Source: Candidatus Omnitrophota bacterium (GTDB lineage Bacteria > Omnitrophota > Gorgyraeia > S143-82). From it: DNA of 64,000 nt. The translations under genes and the position numbers were made by a program. Location of the stretch: assembly GCA_015494585.1 (NCBI GenBank), contig WGAY01000006.1, forward strand, positions 1,335 to 65,334, written 5' to 3'. Under the pieces are notes generated by a model. It worked only from the letters and a program-made list of their open reading frames with translations. It ran no database searches and was not told where the DNA came from. Below are positions 60,533 through 64,000 of this stretch, piece after piece. Within the stretch, counting starts at the first letter, position 1. Each line of letters starts with the position of its first letter.

Positions 60533-61408
60533 TTACTTTAACTTACCAAGTTTCTCCACCATCCATTCATAAAACAGAAAAAAGGCCTCAGGACACCGCT
60601 CGGAATCTAATATATCGTTTATAATACCTCTCCCCATTGAACGTAACCACTTAAGTCTTTGTTTTCCCAATACCTTTTTGCCACCCCATACATTTCTCGC
60701 AAGAGAAACATCTACTTTTTTTAATAATACCATAGGAAATGTCATCTTTTTATCAGAAAAATCCTCTTCCATATCTAATAAGTCATCATAAAGCTGGAAC
60801 AATATTCCCCACAAGAATGCATAATCAGAAAGTTCTACTACATCATCACTGTTAGAAATAAAAGGAGAAACCGCCTCCACGCCTATCTGAAAGAGTGCCG
60901 CTGTCTTTTTACTAATAATAGAAAAATAGTTATCCCAGTTGATATCACTGAAAGCACAAAACTTCTCCTCCAACAACTGACCCTCGCATATCTCAGATAT
61001 AGCCATTGTGGCAAAGCCTCCTGCATCAATGTCCTCGAATTCCTGCACCCCACGAGCAAACAACCAATCACCCCAGACAATGGCCTCAGAAGTAGAAAAC
61101 CTCCTGTAAAAAGATAGCTTGCCCCTCCGCCTTTCCGCCCCATCGATTACATCATCGTGTATAAGGGAGGCCAGATGGATTATCTCTATTCCTGCCGCTG
61201 TCTTCAATGCATACTTTTTCCAATTCCTCCCTATTTGCTTGCGCATACTGTAAAAGGCCATAGCAATAAACTTCGAACGAAGAAATTTCCCTTTCCAGAG
61301 AGAGGATAGAAATCTATTCTCAACCGAAAAAACTCTACTATCCTCGCCTAAAAATACATTTTCCTTAAGGTAGGAAACCAATGCCTCTACAAACGTATCT
61401 AAATTCAT
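60533..61408 (-). CDS. polyprenyl diphosphate synthase (trans-IPPS)
   Basis: First Asp-rich motif LIHDDVIDGAERRRG and second motif LYDDLLD. Confidence 0.8.
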   Translation of the reverse strand: MNLDTFVEALVSYLKENVFLGEDSRVFSVENRFLSSLWKGKFLRSKFIAMAFYSMRKQIGRNWKKYALKTAAGIEIIHLASLIHDDVIDGAERRRGKLSFYRRFSTSEAIVWGDWLFARGVQEFEDIDAGGFATMAISEICEGQLLEEKFCAFSDINWDNYFSIISKKTAALFQIGVEAVSPFISNSDDVVELSDYAFLWGILFQLYDDLLDMEEDFSDKKMTFPMVLLKKVDVSLARNVWGGKKVLGKQRLKWLRSMGRGIINDILDSERCPEAFFLFYEWMVEKLGKLK

Positions 61409-61422
61409 TCTTTATCCCTACC

Positions 61423-62493
61423 TCAGATCCGTATCATATCCCTGGTTATATTATCTACAACTCTTACTGCACCAATCCGAACTGGTAGGATAAATTTCAT
61501 CTTTCCAGAGGAAAACTTCTTATCTCTCATCAAGGCCCGCCAGAAACGCCTTTTCTGCGAAGCATCCATCTTTATGTCAGAAGGCAGGGAAAACTTATCA
61601 AGCAACCGCAGAAGGCGCACAAGGGTGGTATGGCGGCATATCCCAAGTCTACATGCTATCTCAGTTGCCTTTACCATACCTATAGCCACAGCGATTCCAT
61701 GAGATATCCTATTATCTGTAGCAACCTCGATCGCATGTCCTATCGTATGACCAAAGTTGAGGATGTATCTAAGCCCCCTGCTTTCTTTCTCGTCTCGACT
61801 CACCACTCTTGCCTTTATCGCTGCACACTCTCCAACAAAGGATGGCCAATCTATTTGATCCATATCAGCAACCTCTTCCAGCATAGAAAACAAAGCTGGA
61901 GAACGGATAACACCATATTTTATCCCCTCTGCAAGTCCTTCCTTTAGGTTTTCCTCCTTTAGAGTAGATAGAAACCTCATATCCAGAACAACACAGTCCG
62001 GCTGATGATAAACGCCAATAAGGTTCTTGCCTGCCTGAAGATTTATTGCAGTCTTGCCCCCTATTGAGGAGTCTATCTGGGCAAGGAGTGTTGTCGGTAC
62101 CTGAATTATAGGAATACCCCTGCGATAGGTACCAGCCGCAAAACCTGCAAGGTCACCAACCACTCCCCCACCGATTGCAATCACCGCAAGCGAACTTTTT
62201 CTTTCATCGTAATGTGCCAAAGAATTAACCAGCTTGTCATAAGTCTCAAGCGATTTGGCCTTTTCTGAATCAGGGACAAATACAATCTCCGCCCCTATAA
62301 GAGAGGAAAGCCTATCAATCTTTGACCGCCAGAGCCTAAATATAGTCCTATTTGTAACAATAACCGCCACTCTGGGGAACAGATTTTCCTTGTAAAAATC
62401 GATTATTGTCTTCGCAAAATCACTACTAAGGATTATGGGATAGGTTTTCTCTGAGGTCTTTACATAAATATTATTATTTTCCCTATAGACCAT
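61423..62493 (-). CDS. aroB: 3-dehydroquinate synthase
   Basis: GGGVVGDLAGFAA and the DSSIGGKTAINL ... HTIGHAIE metal and NAD binding motifs. Confidence 0.85.
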   Translation of the reverse strand: MVYRENNNIYVKTSEKTYPIILSSDFAKTIIDFYKENLFPRVAVIVTNRTIFRLWRSKIDRLSSLIGAEIVFVPDSEKAKSLETYDKLVNSLAHYDERKSSLAVIAIGGGVVGDLAGFAAGTYRRGIPIIQVPTTLLAQIDSSIGGKTAINLQAGKNLIGVYHQPDCVVLDMRFLSTLKEENLKEGLAEGIKYGVIRSPALFSMLEEVADMDQIDWPSFVGECAAIKARVVSRDEKESRGLRYILNFGHTIGHAIEVATDNRISHGIAVAIGMVKATEIACRLGICRHTTLVRLLRLLDKFSLPSDIKMDASQKRRFWRALMRDKKFSSGKMKFILPVRIGAVRVVDNITRDMIRI

Positions 62494-62498
62494 AATAC

Positions 62499-63788
62499 CT
62501 AATCAAGGAAATCAAAAAACACAACCCCACTTCTAATCTTAGGATAAAAATAGGTAGACTTCTGAGGCATCCTCTCGCCTTTCAGGGCGATTTCGTATAT
62601 CTGTTCTACCGAAATGGGGGGCAGAACTATCCCAAGCTGATCCTCCTCAACCGAGAGGATCTCATCAAGGGATTTCTCATAGACTATACTACCCTCCTCT
62701 TGATTCACCCCAAGCAAAGGCAATAGGATATAATGTAGGACGACGACATTCAGCCTCTTATAGTCATCCGACACACCTGCCAGCTCCCCCAACACCTCTA
62801 CTGGATCAATATCCTTCCTTAAAGAAAGGCGAAAACTATCAGACCGGGTCACCAATCCAAACGTATAATCACCAAATTCACCTCGAGAGATCCGCCTCAA
62901 ATCCTCGCGTGAGGCCACCAATGTATCGAAAAACCTGTCCACAGCCTCCAGTAGTTTGTCCTCTCCTTGAAATTTCCAATCTACTATACGCCTGTATATG
63001 GGCAGGACAGTTAGATTATCCGACCTCATCGGGGCAAAAAATACCATTATATAGTTATACCATGCCGCCTCGTCATAATCAGGTCGAGCCCTCATATAAT
63101 CCCTATAACTAAGGGCAACCTCAAACCTGTGATGGCCATCAGCTATCAAGGCCTTTTTGGCAAAGACCAACTGCCGCAAATGAGAAATCCATCCCTCATC
63201 ACTGACAGCACCACAATGATGTTTACTGATCTCATCCCTTATATATACTTGCCATTCCTCCGGGGTCAGATTCCACCCTGATTTGATATGATTAAGAAGC
63301 CCGCCATCCTCATCTGGTAATAAGAAAAAAACAGGTTCCAGAATCGCTGAAACCTGGGCCAATAAATCGAACCTATCCTCTTTGGGGCCCCTATGGGTAT
63401 TTTCATGAGGCAGGACTACTCCTTCCTCTTCTGGCAATCTCAATAGGGCAATAAATCCATATCTCTGCCTTTCTTGGTCCCCCACCTTGTAGGTCTGACG
63501 ATATAGATAGACAGAATCCTGTTCATCTCTAACAAATATCCCATCCCTTTTCCACTCATCTATAAGAAATCTAACTCCTGAATAGTCACGCTGCTCGCTC
63601 TTGATACTCTCATCAAGAGATTTACTCAATACCATGCGAACATAATTATAATCAGATACGGAAAGTAATTCCTCTCGTTCTTTATCGTCTATAACATCAT
63701 AAGGCGGACATGTAAGGTTAGATAGGTCCTTACCAAATCTATCTAAATTATAATGCAAGGCCCTAAAGGATCTTATTTCTAATCCCAT
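62499..63788 (-). CDS. DUF1015 domain-containing protein
   Basis: CPPYDVI and LIADGHHR motifs typical of DUF1015. The start is probably the internal Met (MGLEIRSF). Confidence 0.7.
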   Translation of the reverse strand: MGLEIRSFRALHYNLDRFGKDLSNLTCPPYDVIDDKEREELLSVSDYNYVRMVLSKSLDESIKSEQRDYSGVRFLIDEWKRDGIFVRDEQDSVYLYRQTYKVGDQERQRYGFIALLRLPEEEGVVLPHENTHRGPKEDRFDLLAQVSAILEPVFFLLPDEDGGLLNHIKSGWNLTPEEWQVYIRDEISKHHCGAVSDEGWISHLRQLVFAKKALIADGHHRFEVALSYRDYMRARPDYDEAAWYNYIMVFFAPMRSDNLTVLPIYRRIVDWKFQGEDKLLEAVDRFFDTLVASREDLRRISRGEFGDYTFGLVTRSDSFRLSLRKDIDPVEVLGELAGVSDDYKRLNVVVLHYILLPLLGVNQEEGSIVYEKSLDEILSVEEDQLGIVLPPISVEQIYEIALKGERMPQKSTYFYPKIRSGVVFFDFLD

Positions 63789-63996
63789 CCATCCACTCCT
63801 TCTCAAAGATAATCGCAAACATCCATATCCCCAGAAAAACACCAACGGCATCTGCCATTACATCCATCAAAGATGGCATGCGCATAGGAACCGCATACTG
63901 ATATATCTCAGTTATTATCCCAACAGCTATCCCAAACCACAGCACCGGATAGGGATAAAACCCTTCATAACGTAAGAAAACAGCCCAGGAAATCAA
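63763..63996 (-). CDS. VanZ-like family membrane protein (short, possibly truncated at window edge)
   Basis: Hydrophobic 77-aa ORF with the DVMADAVGVFLG motif resembling VanZ. Confidence 0.4.
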   Translation of the reverse strand: MISWAVFLRYEGFYPYPVLWFGIAVGIITEIYQYAVPMRMPSLMDVMADAVGVFLGIWMFAIIFEKEWMDGIRNKIL

Positions 63997-64000
63997 AAAA

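Noticed and set aside
1-64000. CRISPR arrays, insertion sequences, integrases, prophage genes, rRNA
   Set aside because: I scanned for regularly spaced direct repeats, transposase/integrase-like ORFs and rRNA-like stretches and found none. The only repeats are the short intergenic heptads near 23.1-23.4 kb.

Overview
This is a 64 kb bacterial chromosomal segment with about 60 genes, all but one on the minus strand, tightly packed and often with overlapping stop and start codons, so mostly operonic housekeeping. The organism is a diderm: it has LptF/LptG permeases, KdsC, an LPS heptosyltransferase, MlaE and a beta-barrel outer-membrane protein (OMP). It also has Firmicutes- or Thermotoga-like traits: mcsA-mcsB-clpC, HydF, and archaeal-type ApgM. 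Recognisable genes run in minus-strand order from the high-coordinate end: VanZ-like, DUF1015, aroB, polyprenyl synthase, LOG, D-Ala-D-Ala carboxypeptidase, OMP, fhs, cupin, TreT-like GT4, radical SAM, GT4, clpP, class V aminotransferase, mcsA, mcsB, clpC, mlaE, a lipoyl-domain ORF, a 1303-aa protein containing a phosphoglucose isomerase domain, argB, radical SAM, alr, apgM, a small PD-(D/E)XK nuclease, an AddB-like nuclease, rplT, pheS, pheT, NodB deacetylase, GT2, tsaE, two tRNA-Arg, hisC, DAHP synthase, YibQ-like deacetylase, leuC, pilT, leuD, aspS, a LysM protein, PgpH-like 7TM-HD, ybeY, queA, pdxA, rsmA, dprA, heptosyltransferase, kdsC, comF, lptF/lptG, grpE, dnaJ, hydF, a cation-chloride cotransporter, a plus-strand methyltransferase, a frameshifted radical SAM/SPASM gene, and an epimerase fragment. 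I saw no rRNA, CRISPR array, transposase or integrase. The items most worth follow-up are the giant signal-peptide protein with an embedded PGI domain, an orphan AddB-like nuclease with a separate mini-nuclease and no helicase partner, a 49-nt inverted heptad-repeat element upstream of leuC, pilT sitting between leuC and leuD, two orphan AmmeMemoRadiSam-type radical SAM paralogs, and a homopolymer frameshift in a radical SAM/SPASM gene.
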